Positions 44,345-53,883 of a stretch of 64,000 bases of DNA are shown here, piece by piece. Made by a program: the position numbers and the translations under genes. Under the pieces are notes generated by a model. The model was not told where the DNA came from. It worked only from the letters and a program-made list of their open reading frames with translations, and did no database searches. Within the stretch, counting starts at the first letter, position 1, and the number at the start of each line of letters is the position of its first letter. This DNA is from an uncultured Gammaproteobacteria bacterium. GTDB lineage: Bacteria; Patescibacteriota; Patescibacteriia; 2-12-FULL-60-25. Location of the stretch: the NCBI GenBank assembly GCA_964345995.1, contig CAYFST010000001.1, positions 269-64,268 on the forward strand. The letters run 5' to 3'.

Positions 44345-46282
44345 TTAGGGTTTCCAACCCGGTGAGGATTCGCACTTCGCACTCCAAGGAGTTTCATTAC
44401 ATAAATTGGGATTATTGGGTCCGCCTGAATAAGGCACACCATCGCCATCCAAATCAGAAGCAGCGGGGTTAAAGCAATTTTGATATACATTCATGAGTCC
44501 CTGGGTGATACTGGGTGAATAGATACTCATAACCGTCCAGGGATCTTGGTTAATCGCCGGTGTTTCGGATGGCAAAAACGGCCTATGCTTGATATTAATT
44601 TTGGAGGCCACGGGTTCTTCGCCAAAAGTTACCGGATCACCGGCGGCATTCAGTTGTTCCAAAGACGAATAGTAGTACCAGGTATTGGGTCCAACACCTT
44701 GTTCGGCCGGGCCGGCTCTGCCGAGAGTGACATTGGCCGAATTTACAGTATGACTCAACAAAACAGCATCAAAACTGATTGTGGCCGGATCATCAGTCGC
44801 TACGCCACCGGCTAAAACATCAGGAACAATGCCAGTTACAACAGGTGCGTCTAGAAAGATTTCATCATTGGTGGCAAATGTGAAAAAGGCGTTGTCATTA
44901 CCTCCGGGAGGCGGACCTTGAGCTACACCGTTGCCATTACCATCTAAAGAATTACCGGCCATATCAACAATTCCATCAAAACCGAAGGGTCCGACTTCGG
45001 CGGCCAAAGGTGGTGTATTACTTAAAGTCGCGGCTTTTATGTTGACATCAATCGCGCTGGAGGCGGGTAGGCAATACATGGTTATAAGGCACGAATTGGT
45101 ACCGCATTCATCCGTGGTAATAAATTCAACCGTACGATAACCGTTACTGATACGATATTCTCCGGCAACGACATCGGCTCCATTGCCCGAGTCGGCCGAT
45201 ACAGTGATGTTTTGGAAGTTGGCCGAACTGTTGGCGGGATCGTAATAACCCGAAGCACTCATGGGAAGTATAGGCTCGTTAAAATTGATTTGTACCACAA
45301 TGTTACGAGCATAAGTTCCGGCGGCATATGGGATGTGAGACGTAACTTTTGGGGGTGTGTTATCAATTTCGGTGGAAACTTCAAAACTCCAAGAATATCC
45401 ATTATCAAAATCGCCAACAAACATAGCTGTACCTGATGCATTTTGTATTCCGCCGGAACCGCCCTCCAAAACAACTTCGTACCAAGTGTTTGAATTGGCG
45501 TTGCCCAGAGGATCGTTTGGTTTGATTACAATAGATTTGCCATCAGGTGAAATACTAACGCGGGCTTGATCAGGAAGTAAATTTTGCGACGCATTGTCTT
45601 GAGGGTGTATTTTAACCAAATTATCATTCAACTGAAAAGGCGGCGGCGATTGGTTAGCATCCCAATTACCGATAAACGACGCCGGATCAACAGGATCTTT
45701 AAAAGTGATGGTAATAGCCGTATTGCGCGCTACATTTTTTTGATCGCGCTCGGGAAAATGATATTCAATAACACCTTCACCCAAAGAACCTGAATTACCC
45801 CATTGACCAAAACCGCCGGGTCCGGCCCAATTGACCCCTGATGATTGAAAAAAACCTCCGCCACTATCCGGATCGAAAATACCTAAAATAAAGTTAACTA
45901 TGGCAAACGATAAAAAGATGATAACAAGGCCTATAACGGCATTACGGATTCGCTTAACCGCGTTGCTGACTTTTTCAGGATTACCGCCGGCTGTCATGTA
46001 CTCAAAACCGCTATAAAGCAAAATTATGAGAAGCACCACACCCACGAAGCCGAGTGCGATATTGATGATGCGACCTATGATGGTAAACAAATCTTGGCTT
46101 TCACCCACACCCGCGCTTTGCGCGACCGCATTGACATTTTCTTGTCCGCTTTCGAATTGTGCCAGAGCGGGCAGAGCTTGTGATAAACCCGCCAATACAA
46201 CAAACAAAAGCAAGACGGTTATTAATATCCGTTTTCCAATAAAAAACTTTTGTATTCTTGTTACAAATTCCTCCCTCTGCAT
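44345..46282 (-). CDS. 645-aa fusion of a VirB2/TrbC-like pilin module, Gly-rich linker and several Ig-like (SbsA-type) domains
   Basis: Signal ITVLLLFVVLAGLSQALPALA. Pilin module at 45881-46096 (IIGRIINIALGFVGVVLLIILLYSGFEYMTAGGNPEKVSNAVKRIRNAVIGLVIIFLSFAIVNFILG), followed by GGGFFQSSGVNWAGPGGFG. Ig-like segments include NTAITITFKDPVDPASF and PPKVTSHIPYAAGTYARNIVVQINFNEPI. Confidence 0.75.
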   Translation of the reverse strand: MQREEFVTRIQKFFIGKRILITVLLLFVVLAGLSQALPALAQFESGQENVNAVAQSAGVGESQDLFTIIGRIINIALGFVGVVLLIILLYSGFEYMTAGGNPEKVSNAVKRIRNAVIGLVIIFLSFAIVNFILGIFDPDSGGGFFQSSGVNWAGPGGFGQWGNSGSLGEGVIEYHFPERDQKNVARNTAITITFKDPVDPASFIGNWDANQSPPPFQLNDNLVKIHPQDNASQNLLPDQARVSISPDGKSIVIKPNDPLGNANSNTWYEVVLEGGSGGIQNASGTAMFVGDFDNGYSWSFEVSTEIDNTPPKVTSHIPYAAGTYARNIVVQINFNEPILPMSASGYYDPANSSANFQNITVSADSGNGADVVAGEYRISNGYRTVEFITTDECGTNSCLITMYCLPASSAIDVNIKAATLSNTPPLAAEVGPFGFDGIVDMAGNSLDGNGNGVAQGPPPGGNDNAFFTFATNDEIFLDAPVVTGIVPDVLAGGVATDDPATISFDAVLLSHTVNSANVTLGRAGPAEQGVGPNTWYYYSSLEQLNAAGDPVTFGEEPVASKINIKHRPFLPSETPAINQDPWTVMSIYSPSITQGLMNVYQNCFNPAASDLDGDGVPYSGGPNNPNLCNETPWSAKCESSPGWKP

Positions 46283-46311
46283 GGGTAGAAGAAAGCTAGC
46301 GGAGATTGATT

Positions 46312-46342
46312 AAAAAAATATAATCCCCATGTTGGGATTATA
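46312..46342 (-). terminator. intrinsic terminator of the yqeY-rpsU unit
   Basis: 9-bp stem TATAATCCC (46319-46327) pairs with GGGATTATA (46334-46342) around a 6-nt loop, followed on the minus strand by T7 (46312-46318). Confidence 0.7.
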
Positions 46343-46345
46343 TCA
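46337..46345 (-). promoter_or_regulatory. extended -10 candidate (TGATATAAT) embedded in the 5' arm of the terminator hairpin, about 55 nt upstream of the pilin-locus ATG
   Basis: The minus strand reads ..tttTATGATATAATCCC... TATAAT is the reverse complement of 46337-46342, with TG at -15/-14. The -35 is poor (TCGCAA). Confidence 0.3.
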
Positions 46346-46365
46346 TAAAATGTATTCGTTTGCGA

Positions 46366-46812
46366 TTATTGTGCTAATATTTTTTGCACAATTGCACGGA
46401 CACGATTTCCGTCGGCAGTACCTTGAGCCTGTTTCATAACCGCGCCCATGACTTTACCCATATCAGAGGCTCCAGCGGCGCCGATTTGTTCAATTGCGTC
46501 GCGAACCAATTCTTCTATGCGCTCATCGGTAAGTTGCTTCGGTAAAAAACGCTCTAAAAAAACAATCTCCTTTTCTTGTTTTTCGGCCAAATCATCACGA
46601 CCAGCTGATTTAAAATCGGCCAAAGCATCTTTACCTTGCTTAACCATGGTTTTAATGACCGCTAACGTTTCATCATCGGAGAGCTCCCGGTTCAACTCGA
46701 TTTCTTTGTTTTTTAGCGCCGAATTTAACATTCGCAGGATGGATGTAGTAAATACATCTTTAGCTTTCATGGCCGTTACCAATTCTTGTTTAAGATCGTT
46801 TTTTATTGACAT
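46366..46812 (-). CDS. yqeY: GatB/YqeY-domain protein
   Basis: MSIKNDLKQELVTAMKAKD....ILRMLNSALKNKEIE. Located downstream of rpsU, as in many bacteria. ATG at 46810-46812. Confidence 0.8.
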   Translation of the reverse strand: MSIKNDLKQELVTAMKAKDVFTTSILRMLNSALKNKEIELNRELSDDETLAVIKTMVKQGKDALADFKSAGRDDLAEKQEKEIVFLERFLPKQLTDERIEELVRDAIEQIGAAGASDMGKVMGAVMKQAQGTADGNRVRAIVQKILAQ

Positions 46813-46875
46813 AGATGCATGATTTTTATAACACAAAGTCGAGCTTAGCTCGACTCCATGTTACGGATTATTATT

Positions 46876-47103
46876 TTACTTACGTGTATCTCTGAGCTGA
46901 CCGGTTTTATACAAATATTCGTATTCGGAACGTTTGTTTTCACGGCGCAAGGCGCTTTCGCGAATTTGATTCTTATTCTTGCCGGGTTTATGGAAACGCT
47001 TTTTGCGTACTTCCAGCATAACGCCGCTTTGCTGTTGACGACGCTGAAAACGACGCAATAGGGATTCAAATGTTTCGCTCTTTTTTCGCTTAACTTCAAT
47101 CAT
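46876..47103 (-). CDS. rpsU: 30S ribosomal protein S21
   Basis: MIEVKRKKSETFESLLRRFQRR....G...EVRKKRFHKPG..KN. Confidence 0.9.
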   Translation of the reverse strand: MIEVKRKKSETFESLLRRFQRRQQQSGVMLEVRKKRFHKPGKNKNQIRESALRRENKRSEYEYLYKTGQLRDTRK

Positions 47104-47301
47104 TTTATAACTCCTTTCTAAAAAATATCAAACAGTCGCATCCATATAACGGATACGTCAATAAAATAACTTAATACTGCTTAGATGTCAAATCTGCAAT
47201 TTTCCAAAACATTACAGTAATCATTCGTTACGCTTCACCTAATCATGAAAATATTAAACGCAATAGTTTCGTAATTTTGCTTCTTAGGGGGTTTTAAAGT
47301 T

Positions 47302-48657
47302 TTAGCTCGCGGCTTCGCTGTTTTTTTGTATCATTTTCTTTTTCAGTTCTTGAATCATTTTTTGAGCGTCAATAATTTCTTGAGTACCGGCATCCATGTC
47401 ACGGATAATGACCGTGCCATCCAAGACCTCTTTTTGACCTATGATTATTGTCCATTTGGCATCCAAACGATTTGCGTTATCCATTTGAGTTTTAATTGAG
47501 CTTTTAGAAAATGACTCGGAAGCCTTGATGCCGGCGGCTCGAAGTTCCTCAAATAAAGCCAAAGCTCGTTTGCGCCCGCTTTCGCCCAGTTGAGCTACGT
47601 AGACTTCCACGGGCTCGCTGGTTGGCATAATATCTTCTCGGTTTTTTAAAACACTGACTACGCGATCTACACCAACGCTGAACCCGGCGGCCGGCGTTTC
47701 TTTGCCACCCAAAATTTCCATTAACCCGTCATAGCGACCTCCTCCGCCCAATGCGTTTTGGTTCTGATTTTGATCGTCAGAGGCTTCGTAAAGTTCAAAA
47801 ACCGTGCGAGTGTAATAATCGAGTCCGCGCACCAGAAAGGGATCCAGCTGATAGGGAACTCCGACTTCATCAAGATATTCCAAAACTTGCATAAAATGAT
47901 TTTTAGAAGACTCGTCCAACCAATCAACAATTTGCGGTGCTTCTATTTTCATTTCGGCTATCATGGGATCTTTGGAATCCAGTAATCGGAGCGGATTTTT
48001 TAGCAGGCGTTTTTTATCTTCATCAGACATGCGACTGCGCTTGGGACGAAAATAAGCCACTAAGGCATTGCGATAGTTGAGGCGGCTTTCCGGGGTACCA
48101 ATGGAATTGATGCGCACAACCGAATCAATGCCTAAACTTTGCATATATTTCCAAGAAACGAGTGCCAACTGAGCGTCTACGACCGCGTCTCCATCACCCA
48201 GCATTTCGGCGCCAAATTGCCAGAACTCGCGATAACGGCCCGATTGCGGCCGTTCATGGCGGAACATGGGACTCCAATACCAAAGTTTGACGGGTTGTGG
48301 CTGATTAAGCATTCCGTGCTGGATATAAGAACGGCAAATAGCCGCCGTGTTTTCCGGACGCATGGTCACCTTATCTCCACCGGCCGTTTCAAAATTGTAC
48401 ATCTCTTTTTCAACTATGTCGGTTTGTTTACCGACGCCACGGACGAAGAGAGGAGTTTCTTCCAAGACGGGAGTTTCGATACGATCAAAGCTATAAGCGT
48501 CGCAAATATTTTGAGCAGATTCAAATGCCATACGCCAATATGGCTGATCCGCAGGCAGTATATCGCGCATTCCTCTAACTGAATTTAAAGGTTGAGGAGC
48601 TTTTTTCGCAGGAACTTCGCTTGCTTTTTTAACAGTATTTTTACTATTTGTGCTCAT
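47302..48657 (-). CDS. hisS: histidine--tRNA ligase
   Basis: VRGMRDILP, MFRHERPQSGRYREFWQFG (motif 2), GGGRYDGL, GFSVGVDR (motif 3), and the anticodon-binding C-terminal domain. Confidence 0.93.
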   Translation of the reverse strand: MSTNSKNTVKKASEVPAKKAPQPLNSVRGMRDILPADQPYWRMAFESAQNICDAYSFDRIETPVLEETPLFVRGVGKQTDIVEKEMYNFETAGGDKVTMRPENTAAICRSYIQHGMLNQPQPVKLWYWSPMFRHERPQSGRYREFWQFGAEMLGDGDAVVDAQLALVSWKYMQSLGIDSVVRINSIGTPESRLNYRNALVAYFRPKRSRMSDEDKKRLLKNPLRLLDSKDPMIAEMKIEAPQIVDWLDESSKNHFMQVLEYLDEVGVPYQLDPFLVRGLDYYTRTVFELYEASDDQNQNQNALGGGGRYDGLMEILGGKETPAAGFSVGVDRVVSVLKNREDIMPTSEPVEVYVAQLGESGRKRALALFEELRAAGIKASESFSKSSIKTQMDNANRLDAKWTIIIGQKEVLDGTVIIRDMDAGTQEIIDAQKMIQELKKKMIQKNSEAAS

Positions 48658-48660
48658 AAA

Positions 48661-49266
48661 TTATAGATTATAATCGGGATTATTAAATACTTTCCATCTA
48701 TCCAGAGGCCAGCCGCGCACCCACACGCGACCAACAACTTCATACTCCTGAATTGGTCCGAAAAAACGGGAGTCCAAGCTGGAGGCGCGATTATCGCCCA
48801 AGACAAAATATTCGTCGGTTTTTAGGGTATCGCGGCGAGTTTGAGCTGTATAGCTATCGTTTAAATACTTACTTTCGTCCAAGACGATACCATTGGGATA
48901 TTCATCGTTATAAATTTTTACCTGACCATTGGCCACTTCCACGGTTTCACCGGGCAAACCAACCAAACGTTTAATAAAATAATTTTTTGGTTCATTGGGA
49001 TAGTGAAAGACCAAAATATCTCCACGTTCGGGTTCGGAAAAGCGATAAGATATTTCATCGATGATTAAATATTCGTGATCAAAGAAATTAGGTTCCATGG
49101 ACGCACCCTTTACATAAAAGGGTTGGATGAGAAAATAACGAACCGGAATGATGATGGCCAATGATATTGCCACCACTTGTACCAATTCAAGAAAAAAATT
49201 CAATGCGACTTTGGGCGTCGCGCCATCAAGATCGCTATTACTTGTTTTTCTGTTGAATATTCCCAT
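48661..49266 (-). CDS. lepB: signal peptidase I
   Basis: TM anchor, GASMEPNF (Ser), IKRLVGLPGE (Lys), GDNRASSLDSR. Confidence 0.9.
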   Translation of the reverse strand: MGIFNRKTSNSDLDGATPKVALNFFLELVQVVAISLAIIIPVRYFLIQPFYVKGASMEPNFFDHEYLIIDEISYRFSEPERGDILVFHYPNEPKNYFIKRLVGLPGETVEVANGQVKIYNDEYPNGIVLDESKYLNDSYTAQTRRDTLKTDEYFVLGDNRASSLDSRFFGPIQEYEVVGRVWVRGWPLDRWKVFNNPDYNL

Positions 49267-49359
49267 AAATTATTACGGATAAGTGGTTGTTTAAGCAAGA
49301 TCACGATAAGTACTTTAGCTTATTAATACAGTCTTGTCCAGAGTGTTAAATTGCTTACT

Positions 49360-50616
49360 TTAGGTAATAATCGCAATTTTAAGCAAGGTATTAATTCTAC
49401 GCTCAAACCTAATACCCAAGATCAGGCGCCAGATACGCAAAATTACATAAAACAATAAATAAGGCATAATCGCCAAAGCGACCAGTATCCATCCGTTGGT
49501 GAGCATGGAGGGTGCCAAAGAAAAGACGGTTATAACCGTGACAAGAGTTAATATGAGATTTAGACCAAAAGCCCACCAAAGAGGCCCGTAATAAAGCTTA
49601 AGCCAAGTAAAACGAGAAGCTGTTTGTACCTTACCCTGTTCGGATAAAACTTGATAAATTTGTTTAGATTTTCGCAAACGCCTTAATTCATGACCGGTAA
49701 TGAAAGCGACCGAGGCCACAAAAAAGGCCAGAGATGCGAAAAAAGTTAAATTCGAAGCAAGAAAAAAGTTCAATAAAGCGGCTCCCGCAAATAAGATTAG
49801 GTATTCGGGCCATTTACTTTTAATCTTACCCACAATCTGCCAACTTGCCATACCCATAATATACGATCTGGCGTGAATAAATATTTCATAAAACAGTACT
49901 GGTAAAATTAATACACCGACCTTGCCTAAGCCGGGCAGGAGTATCTCTAAAACATGCGCCAAAGGTGCTATAAAAACAAAGGATGCCAAAACCAAATAAA
50001 TCCAATCTTGACCGCGACCAAGATAATCGCACAAAATCCGGTAGGAAATTTCCAGTGCGGATATCTGGCGCATGTCTTTTTCCAGAGCTTGAGTAAATTC
50101 ATGCGCTTCGGGGCTGATACTCTGCTTGGGCGATTGGATTAATTTAACCTGCAGGCATGTATCGCAGTGATTGATAATGGATTGGGCCGCGTCTTTAAGA
50201 TCAATATTCATTGCATCAGCCTCTGCGTAATCCGCTTCGCTCCAGCGGGGCATGACCCGTTTATCGATTAAATCCATAAGCCAAGGGTAAACGGCGCCAT
50301 CATGCGTGTCGGCTATTATGCCGACCGCTTTATGTATACTTGGAGGAATCTGTTTTTGCCTGCCGATAGCCAGGCCGTGACCCTGATTTAATAATTTTAG
50401 CAATGTTTCATTTCGAGTGGGGTGGATAGCCAGAGCATAGCGCAGTTCAACGGGCGTTTGGCGGGTACAAGAAATCGACGTATGTTGGTTTAATACGGTC
50501 CAGCTAATATATTTATTCTGATTATGAAAACGGCGGTTAAGCCCACCTTTAATACCACGCATAAAATTTTGCATGCGCATGTTTGTATTATAGCACAAAA
50601 AAACTCCAATATTCAT
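49360..50616 (-). CDS. hypothetical polytopic membrane protein with ~200-aa soluble N-terminal domain
   Basis: The C-terminal half has about 6 hydrophobic helices (e.g. WIYLVLASFVFIAPLAHVLEILLPGL, LILFAGAALLNFFLASNLTFFASLAFFV). No family recognised. Confidence 0.5.
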   Translation of the reverse strand: MNIGVFLCYNTNMRMQNFMRGIKGGLNRRFHNQNKYISWTVLNQHTSISCTRQTPVELRYALAIHPTRNETLLKLLNQGHGLAIGRQKQIPPSIHKAVGIIADTHDGAVYPWLMDLIDKRVMPRWSEADYAEADAMNIDLKDAAQSIINHCDTCLQVKLIQSPKQSISPEAHEFTQALEKDMRQISALEISYRILCDYLGRGQDWIYLVLASFVFIAPLAHVLEILLPGLGKVGVLILPVLFYEIFIHARSYIMGMASWQIVGKIKSKWPEYLILFAGAALLNFFLASNLTFFASLAFFVASVAFITGHELRRLRKSKQIYQVLSEQGKVQTASRFTWLKLYYGPLWWAFGLNLILTLVTVITVFSLAPSMLTNGWILVALAIMPYLLFYVILRIWRLILGIRFERRINTLLKIAIIT

Positions 50617-50640
50617 TTAGAGTTTTGTGAGAAGTTAGAT

Positions 50641-51219
50641 TTAAGGTTTTTTGTTCTTGGCGGGCGTGGCAATATTAATGACTTTGCCGTTGGGATCCAA
50701 GAGCATGCGTTTATCCGTAATTCTTTCCGAGCGATAATGCTCATGGGAATCGGGATAGGGCATTAATTCTGGGGGCTCGTAGAGGGTTCCGGTAAATCCG
50801 AGTCTGCGCAAAGCTCTGCAGAGCAGTTGGAAGCTGTTGTCATGCACATCGTTGCATTTGGATTTGGAATTAAGTTGAAAGCCTTCACTTATAACAGCCT
50901 TATTACCGTTTATTGAGCACAGTGCTTTATCTAGATATTTACACAAATCGTTATAAACGAGGCTACTTGGCTGTTTTGCCAACATAACGCAAACCAAGAT
51001 TTTTTGACCGGTACCACGAAAATAAAAAATGGAACCGACTTTTTGAGCCAACCTAATGCGTTCAATGGTTTCTCTGCGCAGATTTAATGCTCCTCGAAGA
51101 TAAAACATGCTTTTGGTTTCGCAAACCGGAATATCCAAAAATGCGGGAACAATATAAAAGTCATGATCCGTTGATAGGTGGCTGAAAGTTTTAATTGCAA
51201 AGAGCCTATATCTGGACAT
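50641..51219 (-). CDS. hypothetical cytosolic protein (192 aa)
   Basis: Strong SD (GGAGGT 5 nt before the ATG). No motif recognised. Confidence 0.55.
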   Translation of the reverse strand: MSRYRLFAIKTFSHLSTDHDFYIVPAFLDIPVCETKSMFYLRGALNLRRETIERIRLAQKVGSIFYFRGTGQKILVCVMLAKQPSSLVYNDLCKYLDKALCSINGNKAVISEGFQLNSKSKCNDVHDNSFQLLCRALRRLGFTGTLYEPPELMPYPDSHEHYRSERITDKRMLLDPNGKVINIATPAKNKKP

Positions 51220-51612
51220 CTTTAACCTCCAATGTGCATTACAGGAGTAACATAAACTACCGCTTAGGTCAATCTTGGTTGGCTGTATAACAATTAGGGT
51301 GGCGCATGACTAAAACATGGCGGTAAAATTAGGCAAGAATCTAACACACATATTTAAACCACCACTCAATGCAGTTAGTTTTAATTTAGAGACTTGTAAT
51401 AATTACAACCTTACGACTTAATTTTATTGAGCTATTTGGCTGGAATAGGCTGAAAATAACATTGATAAAAAACATTTCTATCTTAATTGTCATTTATCTT
51501 GATCAAATTTAAATTAGCGAATATATCACCCCGCTTGACGTAGAGCCTCTTAGTTTTCATTTACCGCATGTAAAACATTGACTTTTACAAAAAAACTGAT
51601 CAGTATACTAAT

Positions 51613-52491
51613 ATGTTGCGGATAAAAACATTACTCGATAAAGCTATGCTACCCGATCCCAGAGAGGCTGTATTGTTATTAGCTCATGTAATGGATAAGG
51701 ATGAGGCAATAATAAAAGCACGCTTAGACGATAAAGTTTCCGCTAAGCAGGCTAAGGTTTTTTTACAATTGGCGAAAAGAAGAGCCCGACACGAACCTAT
51801 CGCGTATTTGCTAAGAACTCAGCCATTTTGCGGAGTCAATATAATGGTAAATGAAAATGTTTTAATTCCTAGATCGGAAACGGAAACTCTGGTTGAAATT
51901 GTAAAGGCTGATATCAGAAGGGAGGTAGCCGGTAATAAAAAAAATATTATTATTGATATTGGAACAGGAAGCGGTTGTATCGCCTGTACGTTAAAAAAGA
52001 ATTTTCCTAAAGCAAAAGTTTTAGCGTCCGATTATTCCCCTGCTGCATTAAGCGTCGTAAAATATAATGATAAAGTTCTGCACACGAATTTAAAAATTAT
52101 CCACAGCGATCTATTGGGAATAGAAATCGTACAAGAGCTGAATCGAATTTTTTCTAACCGGAAGAGCGTAGCTGTTTATGTGGTTGCCAACCTCCCCTAC
52201 CTCCCCCACTCTGATGCGGACACGATGCAAAAAGATGTATACTCTTATGAACCCAAAGATGCTCTTTTTGCTGATGACGACGGCATGTTGTTGATTAAAA
52301 AATGTATACAACAGTTTAAAGTGTTTATTTCTCATTACTCTGCCAGAGATATTAACTGGAAATTGTATTTTGAAATCGACTCCAGACAAGCGAATAAGTT
52401 GTGGGGTTTTGCGAAACAAGTTTTTAATGACACAAATTCTGAAATTAAAAAAGATCTCTGTGGCAGAGATCGTTTTTTATTGATTGGCTAA
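51613..52491 (+). CDS. prmC: release-factor glutamine N5-methyltransferase PrmC/HemK
   Basis: SAM-binding DIGTGSGCIA and the NPPY-type motif VVANLPYLP. Confidence 0.85.
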   Translation: MLRIKTLLDKAMLPDPREAVLLLAHVMDKDEAIIKARLDDKVSAKQAKVFLQLAKRRARHEPIAYLLRTQPFCGVNIMVNENVLIPRSETETLVEIVKADIRREVAGNKKNIIIDIGTGSGCIACTLKKNFPKAKVLASDYSPAALSVVKYNDKVLHTNLKIIHSDLLGIEIVQELNRIFSNRKSVAVYVVANLPYLPHSDADTMQKDVYSYEPKDALFADDDGMLLIKKCIQQFKVFISHYSARDINWKLYFEIDSRQANKLWGFAKQVFNDTNSEIKKDLCGRDRFLLIG

Positions 52492-53792
52492 GCTTGTGAA
52501 ATATCAGCTCCCAAATTTTTCAATTTTTCAATAATATTTTCATAACCGCGCTCAACGTGTTCGACTCCGGTGACTGTTGAGCGTCCCTCGGCCATCAAAG
52601 CAGCCAAGATATAAGAAAAGCCGGCACGCAGATCGGGTATTTCAATATCGGCGGCTTTAAGCGGAGTGGATCCGACTATAATACAAGAATGCAGATAATT
52701 CCTGTGCTTGTAACGGCACTCTTTAGATCCCAAGCAATCTGAATGCAGTTGAATTTTGGCACCCATTTTATTTAAGGCTTCCGTATAACCAAAACGATCT
52801 TCAAAGATGGTTTCATGTACTATGGATACCCCTCGCGCCTGTGTCAACAACATCACGAAAGGTTGTTGCCAATCTGTCATAAAACCGGGGTGAACATCAG
52901 TTTCCAGCGTAATGGGGCGGTAATCTTCAGCTGAACCGAAAACAATACCATCGGGTTTAACAGTAAACGGAACTCCAGTGCGACGCAGTGCGTTTAAATA
53001 TGATAAAAGATGATCCTGCTGTGCGCCTTCAACAAAAACTTCACCCTTGGTGATGGCGGCACTGATACCAAAAGAAGCCGCTTCTATTCTGTCGGATATA
53101 ATTTTATGCTCAGCGCCATGCAATTTTTCCACTCCTTCAATAACCCAAGTACGATTGGCTTCCAGATTTACAATAGCGCCCATGGATTGCAGTAATTTAG
53201 CCGTATCCATAATTTCGGGTTCGATGGCCGCATTGGCGATGGTGGTGATACCTTGGGCGCGAGCGGCAGCGAGCATGAGGTTTTCGGTCGCGCCGACCGA
53301 GGGGAAAGGAAGTTCTATTATGGCGGCTTTTAAACGATCGGCCTTGATAACATAACAATCTTGCTGTTTTTCGATATGAGCGCCCATTTGTTCAAACCCC
53401 TGCAAATGAATGTCAACCGGGCGAGCGCCGATTCTACAGCCACCCAGCATAGGTATACGCGCTTCGCCAAAGCGGTGCAGTAGCGGACCAATGAGTAAAA
53501 TTGGTATTCGATTTTTGCGACTAAACGCCGAGGCTACGTCGCCGTTTTTAATAGTTGAAGCACTGATAGTTACGTTATCTTGATTTTGTTCAATCATAAC
53601 TCCCAGATCTTTTAAAAGCTCTATAGTGGCGCTCACATCCCCTATTTGAGGCACATTGGACAGAAAGACTTGTTCATCGGTTAAAAGAGCGGCCACCAAT
53701 TGTTTGGTTGCGGCATTTTTGGCACCGCTTAAGCGAACCGTACCCTTAAGAGGTATGCCACCGCTGACGATATAGCTGGGAGTTTGGGACAT
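52488..53792 (-). CDS. murA: UDP-N-acetylglucosamine 1-carboxyvinyltransferase
   Basis: GAKNAATKQLVAALL and the catalytic-Cys loop MLGGCRIGARPVDIHL. ATG at 53790-53792. The stop overlaps the prmC stop (convergent). Confidence 0.93.
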   Translation of the reverse strand: MSQTPSYIVSGGIPLKGTVRLSGAKNAATKQLVAALLTDEQVFLSNVPQIGDVSATIELLKDLGVMIEQNQDNVTISASTIKNGDVASAFSRKNRIPILLIGPLLHRFGEARIPMLGGCRIGARPVDIHLQGFEQMGAHIEKQQDCYVIKADRLKAAIIELPFPSVGATENLMLAAARAQGITTIANAAIEPEIMDTAKLLQSMGAIVNLEANRTWVIEGVEKLHGAEHKIISDRIEAASFGISAAITKGEVFVEGAQQDHLLSYLNALRRTGVPFTVKPDGIVFGSAEDYRPITLETDVHPGFMTDWQQPFVMLLTQARGVSIVHETIFEDRFGYTEALNKMGAKIQLHSDCLGSKECRYKHRNYLHSCIIVGSTPLKAADIEIPDLRAGFSYILAALMAEGRSTVTGVEHVERGYENIIEKLKNLGADISQA

Positions 53793-53883
53793 ATTTAGAA
53801 ATATTAAACTAATCCAGAAAGTTTTCACGTTTATAACATAAAGCACATACCTTGATTAAAACTTTTCTTGTTTGGTAATTATT

